The notes below the pieces were generated by a model that searched no databases, was not told where the DNA came from, and saw only the letters and a list, made by a program, of their open reading frames with translations. A stretch of 32,000 bases of DNA, taken from contig NC_002937.3 of NCBI RefSeq assembly GCF_000195755.1, positions 1,680,001-1,712,000 of the forward strand, read 5' to 3'. Below, piece by piece: positions 1 to 14,018 of this stretch (the first letter of the stretch is position 1; each line of letters starts with the position of its first letter). A program made the translations under genes and the position numbers. The DNA comes from Nitratidesulfovibrio vulgaris str. Hildenborough. Lineage in GTDB: Bacteria > Desulfobacterota > Desulfovibrionia > Desulfovibrionales > Desulfovibrionaceae.

Positions 1-285
<285 letters not shown>

Positions 286-305
286 ATACGCAAGAACAGG
301 AGACC

Positions 306-965
306 ATGATGAGTGACGAACCTAAGGGCGCGATACTGCAGCGCGACAAGCTCACCTACGCCATCGTACCCCGCACCCCGTGCGGTCTTCTCACCCCCGA
401 CGTGCTTGATGCCGTGTCGCGGGTCTGCAGGAAGTACGAAGTGCCGATCATCAAGATCACATCCGGGCAGCGTCTGGCCCTTGTCGGCATGAAGAAGGAA
501 GCCGTCGAACCCATGTGGGAAGAGCTTCGCCTTGACGTCGGACGTGCCGTAGAACTTTGCGTGCACTATGTGCAGGCGTGCCCCGGTACGGCGGTCTGCC
601 GGTTCGGCCTTCAGGATTCCCTCGGCATCGGCGTGGCCATAGAAGAGGAATATGTCGGGCACGACTTCCCAGCCAAGGTCAAGTTCGGCATTTCGGGCTG
701 TCCCTTCTGCTGTGGCGAAAGCTACCTGCGAGATGTAGGTCTCGTGGGCACCAAGAAGGGCTGGACGCTCATCGTGGGTGGCAATTCCGGCGGGCATCCG
801 CGCATCGGCGATGTGCTTGCAGAAGAGCTTTCCACTGATGAGGCCAAGGGGCTGATACGTAAGTTCATGGAGTTCTATCGCGATAACTCGGGTAAACGGC
901 TGCGTGTCTCCAAGTTCGTCGAGAAGACGGGCATCGAGGCCATACGGCAGGCGGTACTCGGTTAG
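306..965 (+). CDS. sir: Small (219 aa) assimilatory-type sulfite reductase / nitrite-sulfite reductase 4Fe-4S-siroheme domain protein
   Basis: SD AGGAGA at 298-303, followed by ATGATG (start 306 or, with better spacing, 309). Cysteine pattern C-x5-C (CPGTAVC) plus CPFCC (C-x3-C) is typical of the siroheme/[4Fe-4S] site. Size matches the low-molecular-weight sulfite reductase known from Desulfovibrio. A terminator follows. Confidence 0.8.
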   Translation: MMSDEPKGAILQRDKLTYAIVPRTPCGLLTPDVLDAVSRVCRKYEVPIIKITSGQRLALVGMKKEAVEPMWEELRLDVGRAVELCVHYVQACPGTAVCRFGLQDSLGIGVAIEEEYVGHDFPAKVKFGISGCPFCCGESYLRDVGLVGTKKGWTLIVGGNSGGHPRIGDVLAEELSTDEAKGLIRKFMEFYRDNSGKRLRVSKFVEKTGIEAIRQAVLG

Positions 966-969
966 AATC

Positions 970-996
970 AGGGGGGCTGCGGCCCCCTTCCTTTTT
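970..996 (+). terminator. Rho-independent terminator after the sulfite reductase gene
   Basis: GC hairpin GGGGGC-tgcg-GCCCCC (972-987) followed by TTCCTTTTT (988-996), 5 nt after the TAG stop. Confidence 0.75.
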
Positions 997-1360
997 GATG
1001 CCCCCTCGTGGGAGGGCCCCATGTCTGCGTGCCGTTTCCGCCAACCCGGCATCCCGTGCCGGTCCGTGGTCAGGATGTCATGCACTCCGGTGGACTGGCA
1101 GCTTGAGGGGTACTCGTGCATACGGTACGTCGTGCAGTCCCCATCAGTCCCCATGTAGGCCTACCCTGTGACACTGCTGGCAATCCCGTCCATGGGGGTG
1201 TGCGACCATCGCCGAAGCCGACCACGACATCGGGCACACAGGATATGAACGGGACTGTTGTACGCCCGGTCTCTGGCAGGCCAACGTTGTGAACCCGTCT
1301 GGTGTCGCGTGGATTTCGAGGCCTATGGAAGTCTGAACACGGCGGAGTCAGAACGTGAGG

Positions 1361-1705
1361 TCACGCCTTGGGGCGATGCCGGTAAAGCCTGACCTCGACA
1401 GGTTCGAGCGTTACAAGCCCCTCTTCGAGAATGGCCTCGACCTCTGGCATGAAAGCCTCTATACGCTCGGCACTGTCTATGATTTCGATGACAAGAGGAA
1501 GGCTTTCGGCCAGATGCAGCACACGTGCAGTGTGCAGGGTGCTGTTTGCCCCGAAACCGGCGAGGGCGCGTTGCATGGTCGCACCTGCAAGCTTCGCCTG
1601 CATGGCCTTTTCGATGATGACCGTATGCAGGGCACGGCCTTCATGCATGTCGTCCTCGGCGAAGTAGATGCGCAGACGTGTGGCTGTCCCCGATGGTGCG
1701 GGCAT
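1361..1705 (-). CDS. DUF190 (PII-like fold) protein co-transcribed with CrcB
   Basis: The track ORF 1361..1840 overlaps crcB. An internal ATG at 1705 is preceded by AAGGAG (ttcacAAAGGAGccaatcATG) and lies 44 nt after the crcB stop. MPAPSGTATRLRIYFAEDDMHEGRALHTVIIEKA... resembles the DUF190 family often paired with crcB. 114 aa. Confidence 0.75.
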   Translation of the reverse strand: MPAPSGTATRLRIYFAEDDMHEGRALHTVIIEKAMQAKLAGATMQRALAGFGANSTLHTARVLHLAESLPLVIEIIDSAERIEAFMPEVEAILEEGLVTLEPVEVRLYRHRPKA

Positions 1706-1749
1706 GATTGGCTCCTTTGTGAATGCTGTTGGCTGGTTATGCGGTGAGA

Positions 1750-2124
1750 TCAGACCAGCCTGCCGAGTCCCGCGCCGAACCAGACGAGCATGATGCCCGC
1801 CACGGTCTGGCCGACGATGTACAGGGCCGCCTGTAGCCACATGTGCGATTGAAGCAGTACCATCCCTTCATAGGTCAGTGTCGAGAATGTGGTCAGCGAA
1901 CCCATGAATCCTGTCAGCAGTAGCAGACGCGCTTCGGGGGCGAAGGTTATCCTGTTTTCGAGTATCCCCCACACGAGGCCGAAGAGGAGGCTGCCGAGAA
2001 GGTTCACCAGCACTGTCCCGTAGGGGAATGAACTGGTGGTGAGCTTCTGGGCGACTCCGGAAAGGACGTAGCGGGCGAGACTCCCGAATATGCCACCCGT
2101 GGCGACGAGAACGAATCTATGCAA
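1750..2124 (-). CDS. crcB: Fluoride ion channel CrcB/FluC
   Basis: 124-aa, four-TM hydrophobic protein with CrcB-like motifs (GGIFGSLARY, LLTGFMGSLTTFST). TTG start at 2124 is preceded by GGAGG (complement of 2131-2135) with a 6-nt spacer. Confidence 0.85.
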   Translation of the reverse strand: MHRFVLVATGGIFGSLARYVLSGVAQKLTTSSFPYGTVLVNLLGSLLFGLVWGILENRITFAPEARLLLLTGFMGSLTTFSTLTYEGMVLLQSHMWLQAALYIVGQTVAGIMLVWFGAGLGRLV

Positions 2125-2162
2125 GCGGCACCTCCGGGACGACCGTGAAAAGGGGAGACGAT

Positions 2163-2774
2163 ATGGCGCGAGAAGTCGAACTCAAGTTCATCGGAGCGGA
2201 CTATGCCGCGTTACGGGAACGCCTGCAAGCAGAGGGGGCGCAGAGTGCGGGAAGACATCTCGAACGCAATGCCGTCTATGATACCGGGGAGGGTACGTTA
2301 CGTTCAGCGAGGATGCTGCTGCGCCTTCGCAGGCGCATCTGGGCCGACCGTACACAGGCGCTGATGACACTCAAGTGCCCGCCTGCCGGGGCTGTCCCCG
2401 CCGGGGTCAAGGTATGGGATGAAGAGGAGACTGCGGTCGCCGACGGCGAAGCCATGCATGCCATCCTCACCGGACTGGGCTACAGGCCCGCCTTCCGGTA
2501 TGACAAGGAGAGGGAGGACTGGTCGCTGCGAGGCGTGCATGTATCCCTCGACAGGCTGGTGTTCGGTGAGGTGGTGGAGATAGAGGGGCCGCAGGATGAC
2601 ATCCGCGCCGTTGCCGCCCTGCTTGGCATGACCGGTTGCGAGACCTCCACGGCGACCTATCACGACATGAATAGGGCATGGCGCAAGGCCAGCGGGGTAC
2701 CCCCCTGCGATGATTTCATGTTCGACGATGAAGAGGTGGGCCGCATCCTCGACGGGCTGCGTCATCCCGCGTAA
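2163..2774 (+). CDS. CYTH-domain protein (class IV adenylate cyclase / triphosphate tunnel metalloenzyme family)
   Basis: ATG 2163 is preceded by AAAGGGGAG. The N-terminal REVELKF gives the ExExK CYTH signature. 203 aa. The upstream GTG at 2145 has no SD. Confidence 0.75.
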   Translation: MAREVELKFIGADYAALRERLQAEGAQSAGRHLERNAVYDTGEGTLRSARMLLRLRRRIWADRTQALMTLKCPPAGAVPAGVKVWDEEETAVADGEAMHAILTGLGYRPAFRYDKEREDWSLRGVHVSLDRLVFGEVVEIEGPQDDIRAVAALLGMTGCETSTATYHDMNRAWRKASGVPPCDDFMFDDEEVGRILDGLRHPA

Positions 2775-2864
2775 GGCATCCGGTGACTGTGGCAGGGATG
2801 CTCTCGACAACGCGCCGTAATGGCTTACCCTAGAGGCAGACACGATACCAACGGGATGGAGACG

Positions 2865-3179
2865 ATGAGCAACGGACCACTTGCCCCCGGCTACGACAGC
2901 GACATTCTCGTCGAGGACGATGTGCGGCTGCCGCGCATGTACCGGGTGCTGCTGCATAATGATGACTATACGACCATGGAGTTCGTGGTGAGCATTCTTG
3001 TGGAAGTCTTCCGCAAGACGGCTGAACAGGCCACGGCTATCATGCTTGCCGTGCACCGTGACGGTGTGGGTGAATGTGGTGTCTATACCTTCGAAGTGGC
3101 CGAGACCAAGGCCGCCATCGTCCACGCGAGGGCCCGGCGCGAGGGGTATCCCCTGCGCTGTTCCACGGAGGAGGTCTAA
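2865..3179 (+). CDS. clpS: ATP-dependent Clp protease adaptor ClpS
   Basis: Core [25 protein letters not shown]...[25 protein letters not shown] is classic ClpS. Start 2865 gives about 25 residues before the MY(K/R)V core, as in E. coli ClpS. Alternative starts are 2856 and 2820. TAA overlaps the clpA ATG (TAATG). Confidence 0.85.
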   Translation: MSNGPLAPGYDSDILVEDDVRLPRMYRVLLHNDDYTTMEFVVSILVEVFRKTAEQATAIMLAVHRDGVGECGVYTFEVAETKAAIVHARARREGYPLRCSTEEV

Positions 3180-5509
3180 TGATAGGTAAGCGGCTTCAGG
3201 CAGCGCTCAATGCGGCTGTCGGAGAGGTGCGGGTGCGTAATCACGAGTACCTCACCTTGGAGCATCTGCTGTATGCCATTGCCGGTGAAGAACAGGGCAA
3301 GGGCATCCTTGAGGGGTGCGGTGCGGATGTGACGGCGTTGCGTGCACGCCTTGAGGAGTTCTTCGGGACGCATCTCGAAAGCCTGCCCGAGGACATGACC
3401 ACCGAAGTGGTGCAGACCCTCGGAGTGCAGCGGGTGTTGCAGCGTGCCTTCAGGCACATCCAGTCGGCAGGGCGGCCTCTGGTGGAGATTGGCGACGTAC
3501 TCGCCGCCCTTTTTGACGAGGACGACACCTACGCCGTCTATTTTCTCAAGACGCAAGGTGTTTCGCGTCTGGATGTGCTTGAATACATCTCCCACGCCAT
3601 GCCCGAGGCGGACGATGACGCCATGGACGGTGACGATGAAGGCGACGGGGGGGCCTCGACGCGCGCTGACGCGCTTGCCCAGTATGCCACCGACCTCACC
3701 GCGCGGGCGCGTGAAGGACGCATCGACCCGCTCATAGGGCGGGAGGACGAACTCGAACGCACGGTGCAGGTGCTTTCGCGTCGGCGCAAGAACAACCCCC
3801 TCTTCGTGGGCGACCCCGGTGTGGGCAAGACCGCCATCGCCGAAGGGCTGGCCCTGCGCATTGCCGTGGGGGCCGTCCCCGAGAGTTTCCGCAAGGCGCG
3901 TGTCTATGCACTCGACATGGGGTCGCTGCTTGCTGGCACCAAGTACCGGGGAGACTTCGAGGCACGCCTCAAGGCCGTCATCAGCGAACTTTCACGCCAG
4001 CCCGACGCCATCCTGTTCATCGACGAGATACACACCATCGTCGGGGCGGGGGCGACCAGCGGCGGGTCGATGGATGCCTCGAACATCCTCAAGCCGGTAC
4101 TTGCCTCGGGTGCCATACGGTGCATCGGGTCCACCACGCATGAGGAGTACCGCAACCATTTCGAGAAAGACCGCGCGCTCTCCCGTCGCTTCCAGAAGAT
4201 AGACATCGGCGAGCCCACGCAGGAGGAATGCGTGGAGATACTCAAAGGGCTCAAGGAACACTACGAAGAGCACCACGCCGTCCGCTATACACTGCCCGCA
4301 CTGCGTGCCGCGGTCGAACTCTCGGCCCGTTACGTCAACGACAGGCTTCTGCCGGACAAGGCCATCGACGTCATCGACGAAGCCGGGGCCGCCATGCGGC
4401 TGCGTGCCGGGTTCAAGCCGGGGGCGAGTGTCTCGGTGCAGGACGTGGAACGTGTCGTGGCGCGTATGGCCCATGTGCCGCCACGCTCCATCTCCTCTTC
4501 AGACCGTGACAGGTTGAAGACGCTCGAGAACGACCTTGGCAAGGCAGTCTTCGGACAGGAGGCCGCCGTGGCGGTGGTCGCCCGTTCCATCCTGCGGGCC
4601 CGTGCGGGGTTCGGGCGGGAGGACAGGCCTACGGGCAGCTTCCTCTTCTACGGGCCCACAGGCGTGGGCAAGACCGAACTGGCCCGTAGCCTCGCCAAAC
4701 GGCTAGGGGTGGCCTTTCTGCGCTACGACATGAGTGAATACATGGAAAAGCATGCGGTCTCGCGGTTCATCGGCGCGCCTCCCGGCTATGTCGGATATGA
4801 CCAGGGCGGCCAGCTTACCGAGGCGGTGCGCCGTACACCCTACGCGGTGGTGCTTCTTGACGAGATGGAGAAGGCGCATCCGGATATCTTCAACGTCCTG
4901 TTGCAGGTCATGGACTACGCCACGCTTACGGACAATACCGGGCGCAAGGCCGACTTCCGCAATGTCGTGCTCATCATGACCTCCAATGCGGGGGTGCGCG
5001 AGATGTCCGCCCCGAGTATCGGCTTCACGGGTGGCGGCGTCGAAGATGTGACTGCCAAGGGCCGCAAGGCCGTGGAGACGCTGTTCAGCCCCGAGTTCCG
5101 CAATCGCCTTGACGCGCTGGTGCCATTCGGCAGTCTTGCGCCGGAGGTCATGGAGCGCATCGTGGACAAGTTCGTGCGCGAGGTCGAGAACGGCCTACGT
5201 GAACGTCGCGTACGGCTCGAACTCACCGCGGCGGCGCGGCAGCGCCTTGCCGAGAAGGGCTTCGACCCGGCCTTCGGTGCACGCCCCCTGCGACGGGTCA
5301 TTCGCACCGCCATCGAAGACGAACTGGCGAAGGAGATGCTGTTCGGCAGACTGCGCAAGGGAGGCACCGTGCATGTCGACGCGCTTCCGCAAGCCCCGAA
5401 GACCGCAGGCGTTGCGGGGCAGGGCGGCGCGACTCCCGATGCGGCATCACTGGGCCTTCAGTTCAGCTATCGCGAGCGGGGCGAGGGGAGCGCCGAACCT
5501 GCGGCATGA
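3179..5509 (+). CDS. clpA: ATP-dependent Clp protease ATP-binding subunit ClpA
   Basis: 776 aa starting [11 protein letters not shown]. Clp N-domain, then two AAA+ modules with Walker A motifs GDPGVGKT and [11 protein letters not shown] 3179 overlaps the clpS stop. The 35-codon upstream extension in the track lies inside clpS. Confidence 0.93.
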   Translation: MIGKRLQAALNAAVGEVRVRNHEYLTLEHLLYAIAGEEQGKGILEGCGADVTALRARLEEFFGTHLESLPEDMTTEVVQTLGVQRVLQRAFRHIQSAGRPLVEIGDVLAALFDEDDTYAVYFLKTQGVSRLDVLEYISHAMPEADDDAMDGDDEGDGGASTRADALAQYATDLTARAREGRIDPLIGREDELERTVQVLSRRRKNNPLFVGDPGVGKTAIAEGLALRIAVGAVPESFRKARVYALDMGSLLAGTKYRGDFEARLKAVISELSRQPDAILFIDEIHTIVGAGATSGGSMDASNILKPVLASGAIRCIGSTTHEEYRNHFEKDRALSRRFQKIDIGEPTQEECVEILKGLKEHYEEHHAVRYTLPALRAAVELSARYVNDRLLPDKAIDVIDEAGAAMRLRAGFKPGASVSVQDVERVVARMAHVPPRSISSSDRDRLKTLENDLGKAVFGQEAAVAVVARSILRARAGFGREDRPTGSFLFYGPTGVGKTELARSLAKRLGVAFLRYDMSEYMEKHAVSRFIGAPPGYVGYDQGGQLTEAVRRTPYAVVLLDEMEKAHPDIFNVLLQVMDYATLTDNTGRKADFRNVVLIMTSNAGVREMSAPSIGFTGGGVEDVTAKGRKAVETLFSPEFRNRLDALVPFGSLAPEVMERIVDKFVREVENGLRERRVRLELTAAARQRLAEKGFDPAFGARPLRRVIRTAIEDELAKEMLFGRLRKGGTVHVDALPQAPKTAGVAGQGGATPDAASLGLQFSYRERGEGSAEPAA

Positions 5510-6210
5510 GGCTGTACCTGCTGCCTGACGATGCCTGCATCTTTCCCGATGTGGGAGAGGCGGGGCCGGATGGCCTGCTCGCCATAGGTGGTGACCTCAC
5601 GCCGGAGAGGCTGCTTCGGGCCTATGAGGAAGGTATCTTTCCATGGTACGGGCCGGGTGACCCCATCCTGTGGTGGTCGCCCGACCCTCGTTGCGTGCTG
5701 CCGCTCGATGCCCTGCATGTACCGCGCAGGCTCATGAGGACTGTGCGGGCGAAGACCTTCGAAGTACGGCTGGATACGGCGTTCGCCGATGTGCTCGAAC
5801 AATGCGCCGCCACCCCGCGTCCCGGACAGGGCGGGACGTGGCTGGTGCCGGAGATGCGCGCCGCCTATACCCGCCTGCATCATCTTGGGCATGCCCACAG
5901 CGTGGAGGCGTGGTACGGGGGGCGACTTGTGGGCGGGCTGTACGGGGTTGCCCTCGGGGGCGGGTTCTTCGGCGAATCGATGTTCCATGCCATGCCCGAC
6001 GCTTCGAAGGTCGCGTTCGTCTGGCTTGCACGGTTGCTGGTGTCGTGGGGGTTCCGGTTCGTGGACTGTCAGCAGACGACCTCGCACATGCTGCGTTTCG
6101 GTGCCGTGGAGATGCCCCGGACCGACTTTCTCGCCTGCCTGCACGACGCCACACGGCAGCCGTCGCGCATCGGGCGCTGGCGGCTGCCGCAGGATTTCGT
6201 ACCGTGGTAG
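5506..6210 (+). CDS. aat: Leucyl/phenylalanyl-tRNA--protein transferase
   Basis: 234 aa with the family motifs GIFPWY, WWSPDPR and GESMFH. ATGA overlap with the clpA stop. Confidence 0.9.
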   Translation: MRLYLLPDDACIFPDVGEAGPDGLLAIGGDLTPERLLRAYEEGIFPWYGPGDPILWWSPDPRCVLPLDALHVPRRLMRTVRAKTFEVRLDTAFADVLEQCAATPRPGQGGTWLVPEMRAAYTRLHHLGHAHSVEAWYGGRLVGGLYGVALGGGFFGESMFHAMPDASKVAFVWLARLLVSWGFRFVDCQQTTSHMLRFGAVEMPRTDFLACLHDATRQPSRIGRWRLPQDFVPW

Positions 6211-6216
6211 ACGAGG

Positions 6217-6702
6217 CTAGTGCTGTTCGTTCACCAGCGGTTCATGGCGGGCGAGGTCGTAGAAGCCCCGAAAACCGAAGGGCAGGTCGTAGCCGCTTAC
6301 GGTATCGAAACGGATGAAGCCCATGGTCTTGCCTTCGGGTATGGCAGACAGGGGGGCAACACCTTGCGGTATGGGCAGGTCGAGAGGGCACGCCACGATG
6401 GCGGTGAACCTGTCGGCGTATTTGCGTTCGAGGTAGGCTATCACGGCATCGCACTCTTCCTTGGTGAAGGCTTCGAGCACGGCGCGCAGGGCGTCTTTCG
6501 GGTCGCCGGGGTTGGCGGGGTCGATGGGGTCGCCGACAAGGCGCATGCCCTCAAGGCTTGCCAATTCCTCTTCGCGGGTTCCGGTGCGGAACAGGTGCGC
6601 CTCGACGTTGCGGCGTCCCTTGAAGGTTCGTATCGTGGCGGAGATGACATAGGCCCTTTCGACGGGCATGTCCTCCGGTGCGGGCGTCAAACATATGTCC
6701 AT
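6217..6702 (-). CDS. Hypothetical protein (no domain recognised)
   Basis: Protein-like composition, unlike the G/V/R-rich antisense ORF 6220..6753. ATG at 6702 has GGAGG (complement of 6708-6712) 5 nt upstream. The longer alternative starting at 6744 (ATGATG) lacks an SD. 161 aa. Confidence 0.6.
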   Translation of the reverse strand: MDICLTPAPEDMPVERAYVISATIRTFKGRRNVEAHLFRTGTREEELASLEGMRLVGDPIDPANPGDPKDALRAVLEAFTKEECDAVIAYLERKYADRFTAIVACPLDLPIPQGVAPLSAIPEGKTMGFIRFDTVSGYDLPFGFRGFYDLARHEPLVNEQH

Positions 6703-6794
6703 GGTGTCCTCCAGCAACGACGGCAGGTTGTTCGTGGTCATCATAGAGGATAATGCGACGGGAGGAAAGCGTGCCTTTCGCGCAGGGAGAACCA

Positions 6795-8824
<2,030 letters not shown>

Positions 8825-8828
<4 letters not shown>

Positions 8829-9877
8829 CGACCATGCGAGGCAGGTTGCCGCTTTCCACGCGCATCTACAGGCTGCGTAACCGTTTCGGCTCTGTGTGGC
8901 CGCTGCTCATCGGTCAGGTGTCGCTCCTGTGCGTCTTCATCTGTGCCACCCTCGGTTACATGTATATCGAGGGGTGGTCGGCGTTCGACAGCTTCTACAT
9001 GGTGGTCATCACCCTTTCGACCATCGGCTTCGGAGAGGTGCATCCTCTCTCGTCACAGGGCAGGCTGCTGACCACGCTGGTGGTCTTCGCCGGTGTGGGC
9101 AACTTCGCCTTCATCATCGGCGCGTTCTCTCAGCTTCTCGTCGACGGCAAACTCTACAGGTACATGGGGAGGCGCAGGGTGCTCAAGGCCATAGCCAAGT
9201 TGCGCGACCACTGCATCGTCTGCGGATACGGTCGGATAGGCTCCGTGGTTGCAAAGGAACTGATGGAGGAGGGGGTCGCCCTCGTCGTCATCGAGAACGA
9301 CCCCGCCATGATCGAGGCGCTGGAGACCGAAGGCATCCTGCATCTGGCGGGTGACGCCACCAACGACGAACTCTTGCAGGCGGCTGGGATAGAGCGTGCC
9401 CGCGCGCTTGTGGCGGCACTGTCGCTGGATTCGGCGAACGTCTATGTGGTTCTCAGCGCCCATCAGATCAATCCGTCCATGACCATCGTCGCCCGGGCCA
9501 GCGAACCCTCGCATATCGGCAAGCTCAAACTCGCCGGGGCCGACAGGGTGTTCCTGCCGCACCATCTGGGCGGTCTGCGCATGGCGCAGTCCATCCTGCG
9601 TCCCACCGTGACCAGCTTCATCGAACTGGCGCACACGCGCTCCGACCTCAGCATCCAGATGGAAGAACTGGAGATCGGCGACGACTCGGTACTGGTTGGC
9701 AAGACCCTCATCGAGTCGGGCATCCGCCCCCAGTACAACCTCATCATCATCGGCGTGAAGAGACCCGATGGCACGATGCATTTCAACCCCGAATCGACGT
9801 ATACCCTGCAAGCGCGCGATACCCTCATAGCTGTCGGGTTTCCCGAGAATTTCAAACAGTTCCAGGAGATACTCTAG
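8825..9877 (+). CDS. Two-TM potassium channel with cytoplasmic RCK (TrkA-N/TrkA-C) domains, MthK-like
   Basis: TM1, pore helix, filter TLSTIGFGE and TM2, followed by the Rossmann motif CGYGRIGS and a TrkA-C-like C-terminus. GTG 8825 overlaps the uvrB TGA (GTGA). The alternative ATG at 8834 has no SD. Confidence 0.85.
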
Positions 9878-13077
<3,200 letters not shown>

Positions 13078-13238
13078 CGTTCTGCACCGAAACGGGAGGT
13101 GGACGTGGACTTGGCAAGTAGCCTATGCACGTTCAGGTCACCTGATACGCTGGTTGAACGTATCCCGCTGTCGTCGGCGGGTTGTATCTCGATTCCCGTT
13201 CCGTCATCATGACGGGCGGCAAGCTGCAAGGAGCAGGC

Positions 13239-14018
13239 ATGAGTACTCCGATTATCGTCATGGGGGCGGGCGGGCGCATGGGGTCGACCATCTGCCGCCT
13301 CGTCCAGGAAGAGCCGCAACTGTGCCTCGCTGCCGTACTTGAACGTCCTGACCGGGCTTCGGGAGTCGCGCGTGATGGGTGCATCGCAGGGAGTGACCCT
13401 GATGTGGTGTTCCCGCAGGTGCCGGGTGGCGTGATCATCGATTTTACAGCACCCGAGGCGAGCATGGCCACGGCAAGGGCGGCTGCAAGGCACGGTAACG
13501 CCGTCGTCATCGGCACCACGGGGTTCAATGAAGAGCAGAAGGCGGAACTTGCCGAGCTTGCACGGCAGATACGGCTCTTCTGGGCACCCAACATGAGTGT
13601 GGGCGTGAACGTCCTCCTCAAGGTGCTGCCTGAACTTGTGCGTCTGCTGGGTGAGAAGTACGACCTTGAGATGGTCGAACTGCACCATAACCGCAAGAAG
13701 GACTCCCCCAGCGGTACGGCCCTGCGCCTTGCCGAATGTCTTGCCGAGGCCCGCGACTGGAATCTGCCCGATGTGGCATGCTACCACCGTGAAGGCATCA
13801 TCGGCGAGCGTCCGCAGAAGGAGATCGGGGTGCAGACCATCCGCGGCGGCGATGTCGTGGGCGTGCATACCGTCTACTGCCTCGGCCCCGGCGAACGCAT
13901 CGAGGTCACGCATCAGGCCCATTCGCGCGAGACCTTCGCGCAGGGGGCCCTGCGCGCTGCGGCATGGCTGGCCACGCAGAAGCCCGGCAAACTCTACAAC
14001 ATGGCGGACATATTCTAG
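13239..14018 (+). CDS. dapB: 4-hydroxy-tetrahydrodipicolinate reductase
   Basis: AAGGAG at 13228-13233 lies 5 nt before ATG 13239. Contains the NAD(P) motif VMGAGGRMG and the DapB signature ELHHNRKKDSPSGTA. 259 aa. Confidence 0.92.
   Translation: MSTPIIVMGAGGRMGSTICRLVQEEPQLCLAAVLERPDRASGVARDGCIAGSDPDVVFPQVPGGVIIDFTAPEASMATARAAARHGNAVVIGTTGFNEEQKAELAELARQIRLFWAPNMSVGVNVLLKVLPELVRLLGEKYDLEMVELHHNRKKDSPSGTALRLAECLAEARDWNLPDVACYHREGIIGERPQKEIGVQTIRGGDVVGVHTVYCLGPGERIEVTHQAHSRETFAQGALRAAAWLATQKPGKLYNMADIF

Noticed and set aside
2125-2280. Fluoride riboswitch upstream of crcB
   Set aside because: Only 38 bp separate crcB from the divergent CYTH gene. No GGnGAUG...CUGAUGA-like core is seen on the minus strand. 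A covariance-model search would be decisive.
3074-3178. 35-codon N-terminal extension of the clpA ORF, and similar track extensions of dapB (13182), the ACT gene (18596), paaK (22241), the nitroreductase (22196), uvrB (6753) and DUF190 (1840)
   Set aside because: The extensions overlap upstream genes or lack an SD. Internal ATGs with good SD spacing match the expected conserved N-termini.
6703-6794. LexA/SOS box upstream of uvrB
   Set aside because: GGTTGTTCGTGG superficially resembles a deltaproteobacterial GGTT-N2-C-N4-G-N3-ACC box but fails at the conserved positions.
9875-9877. Pyrrolysine or programmed amber read-through at the in-frame TAG junctions (also 14016-14018)
   Set aside because: No pyl genes or suppressor tRNA are present in the window. 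The downstream genes have their own plausible GTG starts, one with a good SD. Ordinary termination-reinitiation is the simpler explanation.
13078-13238. Lysine riboswitch (L-box) upstream of dapB
   Set aside because: The spacer is shorter than a typical L-box and lacks the conserved AGAGGCGC-type core. Only short generic hairpins are present.
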